Positions 54,239 through 64,000 of a stretch of DNA of 64,000 nt are shown here, piece after piece (position 1 is the stretch's first letter; every line of letters begins with the position of its first letter). Origin of the DNA: Alphaproteobacteria bacterium (GTDB lineage: Bacteria; Pseudomonadota; Alphaproteobacteria; GCA-2731375); the NCBI GenBank assembly GCA_965232515.1, contig CBDDPY010000002.1:192001-256000 (forward strand), in the 5' to 3' direction. The position numbers and the translations under genes are program-made. Under the pieces are notes generated by a model. It was not told the origin of the DNA, did no database searches, and saw only the letters and a list, made by a program, of their open reading frames with translations.

Positions 54239-55182
54239 GACTGTGCGAGCAGGGCAGAGAGGCCGATCAAGGCCGGGTTCGGCTCGGTGATGATGTTGGT
54301 CGGTACGGCCGCCACATAGTCGTGGAACCGGCCCTTGGCTTCGAAGCGCTGACGAAAGCCGTTCGCATCGAACAGGTCGCCCAGATGCGGCACGATGCCG
54401 CCGCCGATGAACACGCCGCCGCGGGCCGTGAAGCTCAAGGCCATATCGCCGGCGAAGCCGCCGAGCATGCGGGAGAACGCGGTCACCGTTCGTGCTGCCG
54501 CACTCGTTGGATCGACCGCGGCCACGGCCGTGATTTCGGCTGGATCGGCGACGACGATTTCGTTGCCGGCGATTGCCGTCATTGCGGCGTGCAGCATCAA
54601 CAGGCCGGGACCGGCCAATAGTTGCTCGACCTCGACCATGTCCTGCCGGCGCCAGACTTCGGCCAGCAGCGCCGCCTCATCCGCGTCGTGCGGCGCAAAG
54701 GCGGTATGTCCGGCCTCGCTGGCGACGGCCTGCCAGCCGCCGTCCGTCGGCAGCAGCGCCGCGACGCCGAGCCCCGTGCCCGGACCCAGCACCGCCATCG
54801 GCGCCCGCGGCTCCGCCGCACCGCCGCCGATTGGCCGCAGATCGCCAGGCGTCAGACAGGGCAGGCTGTGGGCAATGGCGGCGAAGTCGTTCAGCACCAC
54901 ACAGTGTTCGAAGCCGATGGCGGCGGCCAGCTCGTCGGCCGAAAATTGCCAGGGGTGGTTCGTCATCCGCACCCGGCCATCGTCGACGGGTCCGGCGGCC
55001 GCCACGGCCGCGCGGCGCGGCGTGGCTTTCAGCGTCGCCAGCGCCGTCCGCATCGCCGCTTCCAGGCTGGCATGGTCGTCGCAGTGATAGGTGATCACGT
55101 TTTCCGGCCGCGCGCCGGGTTGACAGACCGCGAACCGCGCATTGGTGCCGCCGACGTCGACGACAAGCACGCTGTCCGCCAT
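54235..55182 (-). CDS. glk: Glucokinase
   Basis: DVGGTNARF, AAGPV, NDF, GPGTGLG, SEAGH, GGIVP, KGR. Confidence 0.92.
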   Translation of the reverse strand: MADSVLVVDVGGTNARFAVCQPGARPENVITYHCDDHASLEAAMRTALATLKATPRRAAVAAAGPVDDGRVRMTNHPWQFSADELAAAIGFEHCVVLNDFAAIAHSLPCLTPGDLRPIGGGAAEPRAPMAVLGPGTGLGVAALLPTDGGWQAVASEAGHTAFAPHDADEAALLAEVWRRQDMVEVEQLLAGPGLLMLHAAMTAIAGNEIVVADPAEITAVAAVDPTSAAARTVTAFSRMLGGFAGDMALSFTARGGVFIGGGIVPHLGDLFDANGFRQRFEAKGRFHDYVAAVPTNIITEPNPALIGLSALLAQS

Positions 55183-55197
55183 CTTTGCCGCCAGCCC

Positions 55198-56589
55198 TTA
55201 CACGACCGTCTGCGGCACGGCCTGCAGGGCACCGACGAAGTCGTCGCGCCAGGCCGTTACGTTTTCGTCCCGGACCACCTCCATCAACCGTCGCCAGCGT
55301 TTACGGCGTTCGGCCAGCGAGAAGTTGAGGCCGCGCTGCAGCGCTTCGACGATGTCGTCGACATCGTAGGGATTGACGATCAGCGCGTCCGTCATCTGAT
55401 CCGACGCGCCGGCGAACCGCGACAGCACCAGTACGCCCGGATTGGCCGGGTCCTGGGCGGCAACGAACTCCTTCGCCACCAGGTTCATGCCGTCGCGCAG
55501 CGGCGTCACCAGGCCGATCCGGCTGACCCGGAACAGCCCCGCCAGCGCCCGCTGCGAATAGGCCCGGCTGATATAGCGGATCGGCACCCAGTCGAAGTCG
55601 GCGAAGCGGCCGTTAATATGGCCCGACAGCGCCTCGAGCTCCTGACGAATGTCGTCGTATTCCGGCACCTCGATGCGGGACGGCGTCGCCACCTGCAGCA
55701 GGCTGACCGCGCCGCGGTTCTCGGGATAGGTCTCGAGCAGCCGCTCGAACGATTCAAGGCGGGTTGGCAATCCCTTGCTGTAGTCCAGCCGGTCGACGCC
55801 GATGATCAGCTTGCGCTGACCCATGCTGTGCCGCATGCGATCGAAGTGACGCTTGGCCTCGGCCGACTCGGCCATGGTCACGAATTCCTTGGCGTCGATA
55901 CCGATCGGAAACACGCCGGCGCGGATCGTGCGGCCATAAGCCGTCAGCTCGCCGCTCGGCGTGATGCTGCCGCCGGCCTCGAACATCACATAGTCGTGGA
56001 AGGCGCGCAGATCGGATTCGGTCTGGAATCCGACCAGGTCGTAGGCGAAGAGCGCCCGAACCAGCGCCTGGTGGTTCGGCAGCGTCAGCAGGATCTCGGT
56101 CGCCGGAAACGGGATGTGCAGAAAAAAGCCCATCTTCTGCGCCAGCCCCATGCGGCGCAGCTCTTCGGCGCAGCCGATCAGGTGATAGTCGTGCACCCAG
56201 ATTAGATCATCGGGCTCGACCATCGGCGCCAGCGAGTGGGCGAAGCGCGCGTTGACCCGGAAATAGCCCTTGTCGAACTTCCGGTCGTAGGCCGCGAGAT
56301 CGGTGCGGTAGTGGAACAGCGGCCAGAGCGTGCGATTGGCGAAGCCGTTGTAATACTCGTCGTAATCGTCGGTGCTGAGATCGATGGTGACGACGGTGAC
56401 GTTGCTGACCTTGGAGACATTCGGCTGACCTTCGCCCGAGGTCTCGACGACATTGCCGCTCCAGCCGAACCAGATGCCGTCGTAACGCCGCAGCGCCGCA
56501 TAGAGCGCCACCGCCAGGCCGCCGGCCTGTGCGCTGTCTCGCCCCCGAGGAATGGAAACACGATTCGAGACGACGATCAGTCGGCTCAT
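55198..56589 (-). CDS. otsA: Trehalose-6-phosphate synthase
   Basis: VSNR, GGLA, WVHDYHL, FLHIPFP, DRLDYSKG, RDGMNLVAKE. Confidence 0.96.
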   Translation of the reverse strand: MSRLIVVSNRVSIPRGRDSAQAGGLAVALYAALRRYDGIWFGWSGNVVETSGEGQPNVSKVSNVTVVTIDLSTDDYDEYYNGFANRTLWPLFHYRTDLAAYDRKFDKGYFRVNARFAHSLAPMVEPDDLIWVHDYHLIGCAEELRRMGLAQKMGFFLHIPFPATEILLTLPNHQALVRALFAYDLVGFQTESDLRAFHDYVMFEAGGSITPSGELTAYGRTIRAGVFPIGIDAKEFVTMAESAEAKRHFDRMRHSMGQRKLIIGVDRLDYSKGLPTRLESFERLLETYPENRGAVSLLQVATPSRIEVPEYDDIRQELEALSGHINGRFADFDWVPIRYISRAYSQRALAGLFRVSRIGLVTPLRDGMNLVAKEFVAAQDPANPGVLVLSRFAGASDQMTDALIVNPYDVDDIVEALQRGLNFSLAERRKRWRRLMEVVRDENVTAWRDDFVGALQAVPQTVV

Positions 56590-58376
56590 ATAGCGCTTTC
56601 CCAGCGCTCGCTCAGTCTCATCGCGCTATTGATGATGCCTACCAGTGAATAGGTCTGCGGATAGTTGCCCCAGAGCTCGCCCGTGTCGGGCACAATGTCT
56701 TCTGACAATAACCCAACATGGTTGCGACAATCGAGCATGGCGCAGAAGATCTCGCGCGCCTCGTCGCGGCGGCCCATGGCGCCCAGGGCCTCGATGTACC
56801 AGAAAGTGCAGATATTGAAGGCGGCTTCCGGCGTTCCGAAATCGTCCGGCTGGCTGTAGCGGTACATGTGCTTGCCGCGCAGCAGCTCCTTTTCGATCGC
56901 CGCGACGGTGCCCTCGAAGCGCGGATCCGTCGGATCGACGAACCCGACTTCTGACATCTGCAGCAGGCTGGCGTCCGTATCGGTGCCGGCGAAGCTTTCG
57001 GCGAACATGTTGCGTTCGGCGTTCCAGGATTTCTTGATGATGGTCGCGTGCATCTTGTTTGCGCGCTTGGTCCAGTGCGCCGCACGGTCGCCCAGGCCCA
57101 GGTGGCCGGCGATCTTCGCCAAGCGGTCGCAGGCGGCCCAGCACATGACGCTGGAATAAGTGTGCACCTTGCTCTTGGTCCGCAGCTCCCACAGGCCGGC
57201 GTCCGGCTCGTTGTGCAACTTGTAGGCGCGGTCGCCGACCTTCTCCAGCTGCGCGAAATCCTTTTCGCCGACCGGCCGCAACAGCCGGCGGTCGAAGAAG
57301 GCCTGCGTCGTCGACAGCACGACCTGGCCATAGACGTCGTGCTGCAGGTGCTCGTAGGCCTGGTTACCGACGCGGACTGGCCCCATGCCGCGATAGCCGG
57401 CAAGCGATGGGATCTCGCGCTCGGTAAGGCGGGTCTCGAGGCCGATCCCGAATACCGGCTGCAGATGGCCGCCGTCAGCGGCGCCCAGCAGATTGCGCAG
57501 GTAGCGCAGATAGCCTTCCATGATGTCGATGGCGCCCAGCCGGTTCAACGCTTGCACCACGAAATAGGCGTCCCGCAGCCAGCAGAAGCGGTAGTCCCAG
57601 TTCCGGCCGCTGTCGGCGGATTCGGGCACCGAGGTCGTCATCGCGGCGATGATGGCGCCGGTCTCCTCGAACCAGCACATCTTCAGCGTGATGGCGGCCC
57701 GGATTACCGCCTCCTGCCATTCCAGCGGCACGGCCAGGTGCCGCACCCATTCGCGCCAATAGGCCGTGGTGTTTTCGAGGAAATCCCGGCAGGTCTCGGT
57801 GACCGGTCCGGCCAGGGTCTCGTCCGGTCCGAGGAACAGGTAGATCGGTTCCTCCAGATGGAACCAGGTCTCGTTCAGCAGGAATGTCACCGGCGCGTTC
57901 GTCGTCAGGCGCAGGGTCAAGTCCGGCCCGACATAACGGATATGGTTCGAGCCGTGCGTATAGCGGGGCTCGGTCGCACCGTAATCGAAGCGCGGGCGCA
58001 GCCGGATTCGGATACGCGGGTTGCCCTCCACCGGCCGCAGGATTCGCACCATCGCCATGGGTCGAAAGCGGCGGCCGAACTGGTTGAACCGGGGCGCAAA
58101 GTCGATCACCTCCAGGGATCGCCCGGCGCTATCCGTCAGCAGGGTCGACAGTACGGCCGTGTTGTCGAGATAATCCTGCTCGCTGCTGTCGAAGCCGTCC
58201 ACCAGCACGTCGAACAGGCCGCCGGCGGCCTCGACGTCGCCGTTATTCGCCAGCAGGCTGTTGAAGATCGGGTCGCCGTCGAACCGCGGCATGCAGCACC
58301 AGACCATTCTGGCCTGCTCGTCGATCAGGGCGTTGTAAACGCAGTTGCCGATAACGCCGAGATTAAGATTGCTCAA
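56586..58376 (-). CDS. Glycoside hydrolase family 15 (probable trehalase)
   Basis: RNWDYRFCWLRD, VRVGNQA, GLWELR, LLSED, GNYPQTYS. Confidence 0.92.
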   Translation of the reverse strand: MSNLNLGVIGNCVYNALIDEQARMVWCCMPRFDGDPIFNSLLANNGDVEAAGGLFDVLVDGFDSSEQDYLDNTAVLSTLLTDSAGRSLEVIDFAPRFNQFGRRFRPMAMVRILRPVEGNPRIRIRLRPRFDYGATEPRYTHGSNHIRYVGPDLTLRLTTNAPVTFLLNETWFHLEEPIYLFLGPDETLAGPVTETCRDFLENTTAYWREWVRHLAVPLEWQEAVIRAAITLKMCWFEETGAIIAAMTTSVPESADSGRNWDYRFCWLRDAYFVVQALNRLGAIDIMEGYLRYLRNLLGAADGGHLQPVFGIGLETRLTEREIPSLAGYRGMGPVRVGNQAYEHLQHDVYGQVVLSTTQAFFDRRLLRPVGEKDFAQLEKVGDRAYKLHNEPDAGLWELRTKSKVHTYSSVMCWAACDRLAKIAGHLGLGDRAAHWTKRANKMHATIIKKSWNAERNMFAESFAGTDTDASLLQMSEVGFVDPTDPRFEGTVAAIEKELLRGKHMYRYSQPDDFGTPEAAFNICTFWYIEALGAMGRRDEAREIFCAMLDCRNHVGLLSEDIVPDTGELWGNYPQTYSLVGIINSAMRLSERWESAI

Positions 58377-58394
58377 ACCGTCCTGCCCCCTGTG

Positions 58395-59162
58395 TCAGGA
58401 TGTCTGCCGCTCGCCTTCGCGGAAGGTCTTCAGCCATTCATATAGCGCGGCGATGTCTTTGATTCGCAAGCGCGCCGCCGATGGCGTGCGATCGCCGACA
58501 ACGACGGAGATGCCGTCATGGTCGTTGACCACGGCAAAGCCGTGCTCGTCGGTCACGTCGTCGCCGACGAAGACCGGTGTCCGGCCGGCGAACGGCGGCG
58601 CCGACATGAAGGCCATCACGGCATCGCCTTTGTCGCCGCCGACCGGCTTCAGTTCGAACACCATCTTGCCGGCCTGAACTTCCAGCCGGCCGTCGCTGGC
58701 GGCCGCCAGCGATCCGATGATCTCTTCGCAGGCCGATGCCTGTTCCGGCGCCCGGCGATAGTGCAGCGCCAGGCTCAGACCTTTGTCTTCCAGATGAATG
58801 TTGATGTTGGTGGCGGCGAAAGCCTGCAGCCGTTCGCGGGCGGCGGCGATATCGCCGGCGCCGCTGTCGCAGCGGTGCATGTGTCCATCGGGGGTGCGCC
58901 GCTCCAGGCCATGCAGGCCGGCGACAGCCGCGACGGCGCCGCCGAGGAAGCGGTCGATGTCGGCGATCGGCCGGCCGGATACCACGGCCAGCGCGCCGTC
59001 CAGATAACGCGCCACGCCATCGAGCAGTTGCCCGAGCGACGGGTCGACGACAATGCTCTCCGGCGTTTCCGCGATCTCGACCAGCGTGCCGTCGAAATCG
59101 AGGAACAGCGCCCAGTCCTTGCCGGGTTGCGGTAGCCGGTTCTCGCCCACTTGCATAAACAC
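58395..59162 (-). CDS. otsB: Trehalose-6-phosphate phosphatase
   Basis: FLDFDGTL, VSGR, LHYR, GKMVFELKP, GDDVTDE. Confidence 0.95.
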   Translation of the reverse strand: MFMQVGENRLPQPGKDWALFLDFDGTLVEIAETPESIVVDPSLGQLLDGVARYLDGALAVVSGRPIADIDRFLGGAVAAVAGLHGLERRTPDGHMHRCDSGAGDIAAARERLQAFAATNINIHLEDKGLSLALHYRRAPEQASACEEIIGSLAAASDGRLEVQAGKMVFELKPVGGDKGDAVMAFMSAPPFAGRTPVFVGDDVTDEHGFAVVNDHDGISVVVGDRTPSAARLRIKDIAALYEWLKTFREGERQTS

Positions 59163-59175
59163 ACCACTTACGACG

Positions 59176-59197
59176 GTAACCGTTTAGTTAAGGTTAC
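59176..59197. promoter_or_regulatory. Inverted repeat upstream of otsB
   Basis: GTAACC-N10-GGTTAC with AT-rich spacer. Confidence 0.35.
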
Positions 59198-59611
59198 GAT
59201 TCACCCGCCTCACAGGCCGCGGCACCGCGACGATTTTTCGGTGCCACAGGTACTCAAATCGATCGCCGATGTCGAGCCGCCGTGACGTGCTTCACCGATG
59301 GTTGAATTGCGGACATTAAGAAAATCTTGTGGGCGCGTTTGGGGCTGCTAGACTGACCGCGACGTTGTCGATAAGCGAAAAATAGCGGCACAAAGCCGCT
59401 TAGTCGCACGGCTTTGGGAGGCTGAGCTGCGTCATTGTTACAGCAATGCCGGACGACGGTTTGTGTCGGCCTCCGTTGGTATGTCTGCCCCATGACAAAT
59501 CGCGGAAAACAAAATAATGACACACGCGCTGATCGGGCACGCCCGAACCTCGACGATTGCCGTTTACAGGGCTGATCAGGATTTTTCGGGGACTGCCGCG
59601 GAGGCGCGGCG

Positions 59612-60220
59612 ATGATCGTCTTTCCCGCACTGCCGACCCGCAACTTCCGTATGAACGTGGTCTATGCCGCGCCCGCGCTCAGCACGGGAGATTGCGACCG
59701 CATTCGCGGATCCGCCAAGGACGATGCGTGGGAGGCCGGTCTCGTCGGCTCGAAGCAGAACGGCAAGTCCGGGTTCGCGGCCAAGGCGAACGTCCGCAGC
59801 ATGCAGCAGCAGCCGTTGCCGCTCGGCAACCAGGGCTATCCGCTGGGGCCTCTCGCGCACCACATCTGCAACGTGAACGGCGAGCATTGGGGCTTCGATC
59901 TCAGCGGCTTCGTCGCCGACGACCATCCCTGGATCATGAGATATTCGGAGACGAACCGGGATCACTACGACTGGCATGTCGACATCGGCAAATCGGTGAA
60001 CGCCTCGCGCAAGCTCGGCTTCACCTTGCAGCTTTCCGAGTCCGACGACTACGAGGGCGGCGATCTCGAGTTCCTGAACCTGAACATGGAACGCGAGACA
60101 TTACGGCGGAAGTCGACGCTGATCGTCTTTCCGGCCTACTGGACGCACCGGGTAACGCCGGTGACGCGCGGCACGCGCTACGCCGTGGTCGGCTGGGTGC
60201 ACGGACCGAGCTTCCGCTGA
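59612..60220 (+). CDS. 2OG-Fe(II) oxygenase (prolyl-hydroxylase/PKHD-like)
   Basis: WHVD (HxD), RKL, DYEGGDL, HRVTPVTRGTRY (distal His + Arg). Confidence 0.9.
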   Translation: MIVFPALPTRNFRMNVVYAAPALSTGDCDRIRGSAKDDAWEAGLVGSKQNGKSGFAAKANVRSMQQQPLPLGNQGYPLGPLAHHICNVNGEHWGFDLSGFVADDHPWIMRYSETNRDHYDWHVDIGKSVNASRKLGFTLQLSESDDYEGGDLEFLNLNMERETLRRKSTLIVFPAYWTHRVTPVTRGTRYAVVGWVHGPSFR

Positions 60221-60807
60221 TGTCGACGGCGACGAAGGATCACGCCGCCGTATTCGCCCGGCACCGCTATCTGGTGCTGCCGGGCTTCGTGGCCAAGCCG
60301 ATCTGCAATTTCCTGGCGAACTACATATTCATTCTCGATTCCGCCGGTCATATGGAACCGGACAACCACGGCCAAGGCGTCTATGCGGCGAACGGATTCG
60401 AGACCCTGATGGTGATGATGAGCGGACCGCTGTCCAAGGCGCTGGGTATCCGGCTGCTGCCGACCTATTCCTACGCCCGGGTCTATCGGACCGGCGACGA
60501 TCTGATCCCGCACACCGACCGGCCGGAATGCGAGATCAGCGTCTCGATTACGCTCGGCTACGAATCCGACACGCTCTGGCCGATCTATATGGGTGCGCCG
60601 ACCAACAATCCGCGTCCGGTGACGCTCGATATCGGCGATGTCGTCGTCTACCGCGGCATCGAGGTGCCGCATTTCCGCAAAGCCTTCGAAGGCCAATGGC
60701 ATATGCAGGCCTTCGTGCACTATGTCGATGCCAGCGGCCCGAACGCGCACCTGAAGTTCGACGGCCGCGCAAACGTCGGCACGCCGCCGGCGGCGGCCAA
60801 TCAGTAG
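60220..60807 (+). CDS. Second 2OG-Fe(II) oxygenase-like protein
   Basis: PTYSYARVY..G..L.PHTDR..CEIS, GD.VVYRG...PHFR, Q.FVHYV; TGATG overlap. Confidence 0.8.
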   Translation: MSTATKDHAAVFARHRYLVLPGFVAKPICNFLANYIFILDSAGHMEPDNHGQGVYAANGFETLMVMMSGPLSKALGIRLLPTYSYARVYRTGDDLIPHTDRPECEISVSITLGYESDTLWPIYMGAPTNNPRPVTLDIGDVVVYRGIEVPHFRKAFEGQWHMQAFVHYVDASGPNAHLKFDGRANVGTPPAAANQ

Positions 60808-60825
60808 CCTGGTCGCGATGCGGGT

Positions 60826-61647
<822 letters not shown>

Positions 61648-61719
61648 GACTGTGATCCAACCTGCGCCGGGTTCGGGACGGCCCGTCGGACGGACCGCCC
61701 CGCATACCGGCTTACCTGA

Positions 61720-63000
61720 CTACCAGCCGAGCCACTCGGGCTTGCGCGGCACTTCGATTTCGGCGATCTGCGTCATGCCGATGTTGCCGTTGGCCAGTAG
61801 GTCTTCGACGGCGCCGTCCGTCGAGCCCTTGACGTTGCCGCGGAAGACGCGCACGCGGTTGATGCCGCGATGGTCCTCGGCGGTCCAGGTGCCCGGGCCG
61901 CAGACGCCTTCAACGCCGGTCGGCGACCAGTTGTCCTGGGCGTACATGGCCTTCTTGATGTTCTCACCGGTGATGCCGCCCGGCATCTTGTCGGCCGCTT
62001 CCATCGCCGCCTTCAGGTAGAACACCGAGCAGACGCCGGCGGTGTAGTGGATCGGACGGAACAGATTGCCGCTCGGATCCGACATCTTCGAGACTTCCTT
62101 GATGGTCTTCATGCCCGGCACGTGGTCGTCTTTCCAGCCCGGCACGGCCACTACCCAGACCATGCCGTCGGCCCCGGGGCCGGTCGCCTTCAGGCTGTTC
62201 TCGTCCATCGACCAGACGTTGCCCATGAACTGGGCCTCGACGCCAACGGTCTCGCACGAGCGCAGAAGCGCGATGGTCGAGCCGGCGGTGTTTGCCAGGA
62301 ACGCATAGTCGGCGCCGGATTCCTTGATCGTCAGGCACTGAGCCTTGAAGTCGCCGCCGCGCATCGAATATTGCACCGCCGGCAGCACCTCGAAGCCGAG
62401 ATCCTTCGCCAGGGCCTCGCCGGCCGCCTTCGGGGCGTTCGGATAGGGGTGGTTGTCGCCGACATGCACGTACTTCGCCGTGCCCGACTTGCCCTGCTTT
62501 TTCCAGTCGTCAGCCGCCCACTGCACCAGCGCGCGCACGCCGTCGGAATAGGACGGACCGGTGAAGAAGTTGAACGGCGTCGCCTTCTTGGTGTTCGGGC
62601 CCTTGCCGGTGGGATCGGTCAGGTGGGCCGAAAACGACATCGAGTAGTACGGCACCTTGTCCTTGGTAACGAAGCCGACCAGCGCCTCGGTGTCGGCCGT
62701 GCCCCAACCGAGGACGGCGGTGACGTCCTGCTGCTTCCAGCGCTTGTAGGCGGCGATGGCGGCCGGCGCCTTGTAGGAGTAGTCGAGGTTGTCGACCTTG
62801 ATCTGCCTGCCGTTGATGCCGCCGTGCTTGTTGATGTAGTCCAGCGCGTCGATCTTGCCCTGGCCCGAGAACTTGCCGACGCCAGAGGTCGCGCCGGTCA
62901 TGTCGTAGAGGTTGCCGACAAAGATGTCTTCGGCGCTCGCCGTCGCGGCCCAGGCCGCGAGCGCGGTGCCCGCCAGCAGTGAAACCAAACCGTATCGCAT
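61720..63000 (-). CDS. HAAT-family ABC substrate-binding protein
   Basis: Signal peptide, GGINGR, GWGTADT; flanked by LivM- and LivF-like genes. Confidence 0.88.
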   Translation of the reverse strand: MRYGLVSLLAGTALAAWAATASAEDIFVGNLYDMTGATSGVGKFSGQGKIDALDYINKHGGINGRQIKVDNLDYSYKAPAAIAAYKRWKQQDVTAVLGWGTADTEALVGFVTKDKVPYYSMSFSAHLTDPTGKGPNTKKATPFNFFTGPSYSDGVRALVQWAADDWKKQGKSGTAKYVHVGDNHPYPNAPKAAGEALAKDLGFEVLPAVQYSMRGGDFKAQCLTIKESGADYAFLANTAGSTIALLRSCETVGVEAQFMGNVWSMDENSLKATGPGADGMVWVVAVPGWKDDHVPGMKTIKEVSKMSDPSGNLFRPIHYTAGVCSVFYLKAAMEAADKMPGGITGENIKKAMYAQDNWSPTGVEGVCGPGTWTAEDHRGINRVRVFRGNVKGSTDGAVEDLLANGNIGMTQIAEIEVPRKPEWLGW

Positions 63001-63086
63001 TGCGTTTTTCTCCCTTCAGTGTTGGCTTAGGCGATTGCCCCCGAGGTCAAGTCTGTTGTCGTTCGTTCCCCTCGCATCAGGTCGCA

Positions 63087-64000
63087 TCAATAGGAGAACG
63101 GGTAGAGCTTCCAATAAGCCTTGATCAGCCGCCATCGGTGCGCCAGCCCGTCCGGCTCGAAGATCAGGAACAGGATGATCGCCAGGCCGATCGCCATCTC
63201 CTTGAAATAGGCGAGACCGTCGCGCAGCCAAGGTGCATTGCCCCAATCGGTCTTCCCGACCGTGCTGACGGCGTGCTCCATGATCTCCGGCAGCAGCACC
63301 AGGAACGCCGTGCCCATCAGCGAGCCCATGATCGAGCCCAGGCCGCCGATGATGATCATGCCGAGGAACTGGATCGACAGCAGAATGTCGAAGCCCTCGA
63401 CCGAGACGAAGCTGAGATAGTGGCCCCACAGCGCGCCGCCGATGCCGGCATAGAAGGACGAGATGCCGAACGACAGGATGCGGTACTTCGTCAGGTTGAT
63501 GCCCATCATCTCGGCCGAGAGATAATGGTCGCGCACGGCGATCATCGCCCGCCCGTCGCGCGTCCGCATCAGATTGGCGGCCAGCGCATACATGACCACG
63601 ACATAGGCCAGCACGACGTAGATGTAACTCCGGTCGCCGAGGACCTCGTAGCCGAACATCGAGAACGAGTTGGCGAGCGCACCCGCCGTGCCGCCGGTGA
63701 ACCATTCGGCGCGGGCGAAGAAGTCCTCCAGGATGAACTGCGAGGCCAGCGTGGCGATGGCGAGATAAAGCCCCTTGATGCGTGCCGCCGGGATGCCGAC
63801 GATCATGCCGACGGCCGTCGTCATCAGGCCGGCCAGCGGAATGCTCCAGAAGACCGGAATCTCGAAGCTGTTGTTGATCCAGGCCGACGCGAAAGCGCCG
63901 AAGCCGAAGAAGGCGCTGTGGCCGAGCGAGATCTGGCCAGAGAAGCCGACCAGGATGTTCAGGCCCAACGCCGCGATGCCGAAGATGCCGATGGTGATCA
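63087..64000 (-). CDS. HAAT (LivM-like) permease (5' end outside window)
   Basis: GLNILVGFSGQISLGH, GLYLAIATL, IIGGLGS. Confidence 0.92.
   Translation of the reverse strand, partial: ITIGIFGIAALGLNILVGFSGQISLGHSAFFGFGAFASAWINNSFEIPVFWSIPLAGLMTTAVGMIVGIPAARIKGLYLAIATLASQFILEDFFARAEWFTGGTAGALANSFSMFGYEVLGDRSYIYVVLAYVVVMYALAANLMRTRDGRAMIAVRDHYLSAEMMGINLTKYRILSFGISSFYAGIGGALWGHYLSFVSVEGFDILLSIQFLGMIIIGGLGSIMGSLMGTAFLVLLPEIMEHAVSTVGKTDWGNAPWLRDGLAYFKEMAIGLAIILFLIFEPDGLAHRWRLIKAYWKLYPFSY

Noticed and set aside
59557-60807. 416-aa ORF spanning both oxygenases (fusion or frameshift)
   Set aside because: Its N-terminal half is an out-of-frame shadow of the first oxygenase. The second gene has its own coupled ATG at 60220.

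Overview
High-GC bacterial chromosome segment whose gene content points to an alphaproteobacterium, probably Rhodospirillales-like (inference). It holds about 55 CDS, and I found no rRNA, tRNA, CRISPR array or transposase. In order: (1) a 2-hydroxyacid dehydrogenase, ggt and a LysR/peroxiredoxin-like/PRISE-reductase module. (2) A type I secretion locus (TolC, FecR-cadherin-RTX-DUF4114 cargo, ABC, HlyD) followed by a CHASE2 adenylate cyclase whose catalytic domain is split by about 146 aa of Sel1 repeats. A PadR / stand-alone permease-prefix / secreted Cys-protein trio follows. (3) Methylated-amine/C1 genes: a GcvT-family dehydrogenase, a decayed paralog remnant, a GlxA/GbdR-type regulator and metF. 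(4) A large nitrogen-scavenging region: M20 amidohydrolases, soxCD-like genes, puuE, ureDABCEFG, hydA, a deacetylase plus fold-III PLP deaminase, a peptide ABC transporter and a dpaL / L-carbamoylase-like / D-carbamoylase operon. (5) aceA with a ScfR/RamB regulator, otsB-GH15-otsA-glk, a tandem 2OG-Fe(II) oxygenase pair and a HAAT ABC transporter. The best novelty candidates are the T1SS-FecR-adhesin/Sel1-split cyclase signalling locus and a putative all-hydrolytic diureidopropionate/albizziin pathway. All family assignments come from motif recognition by eye; no database searches were run.
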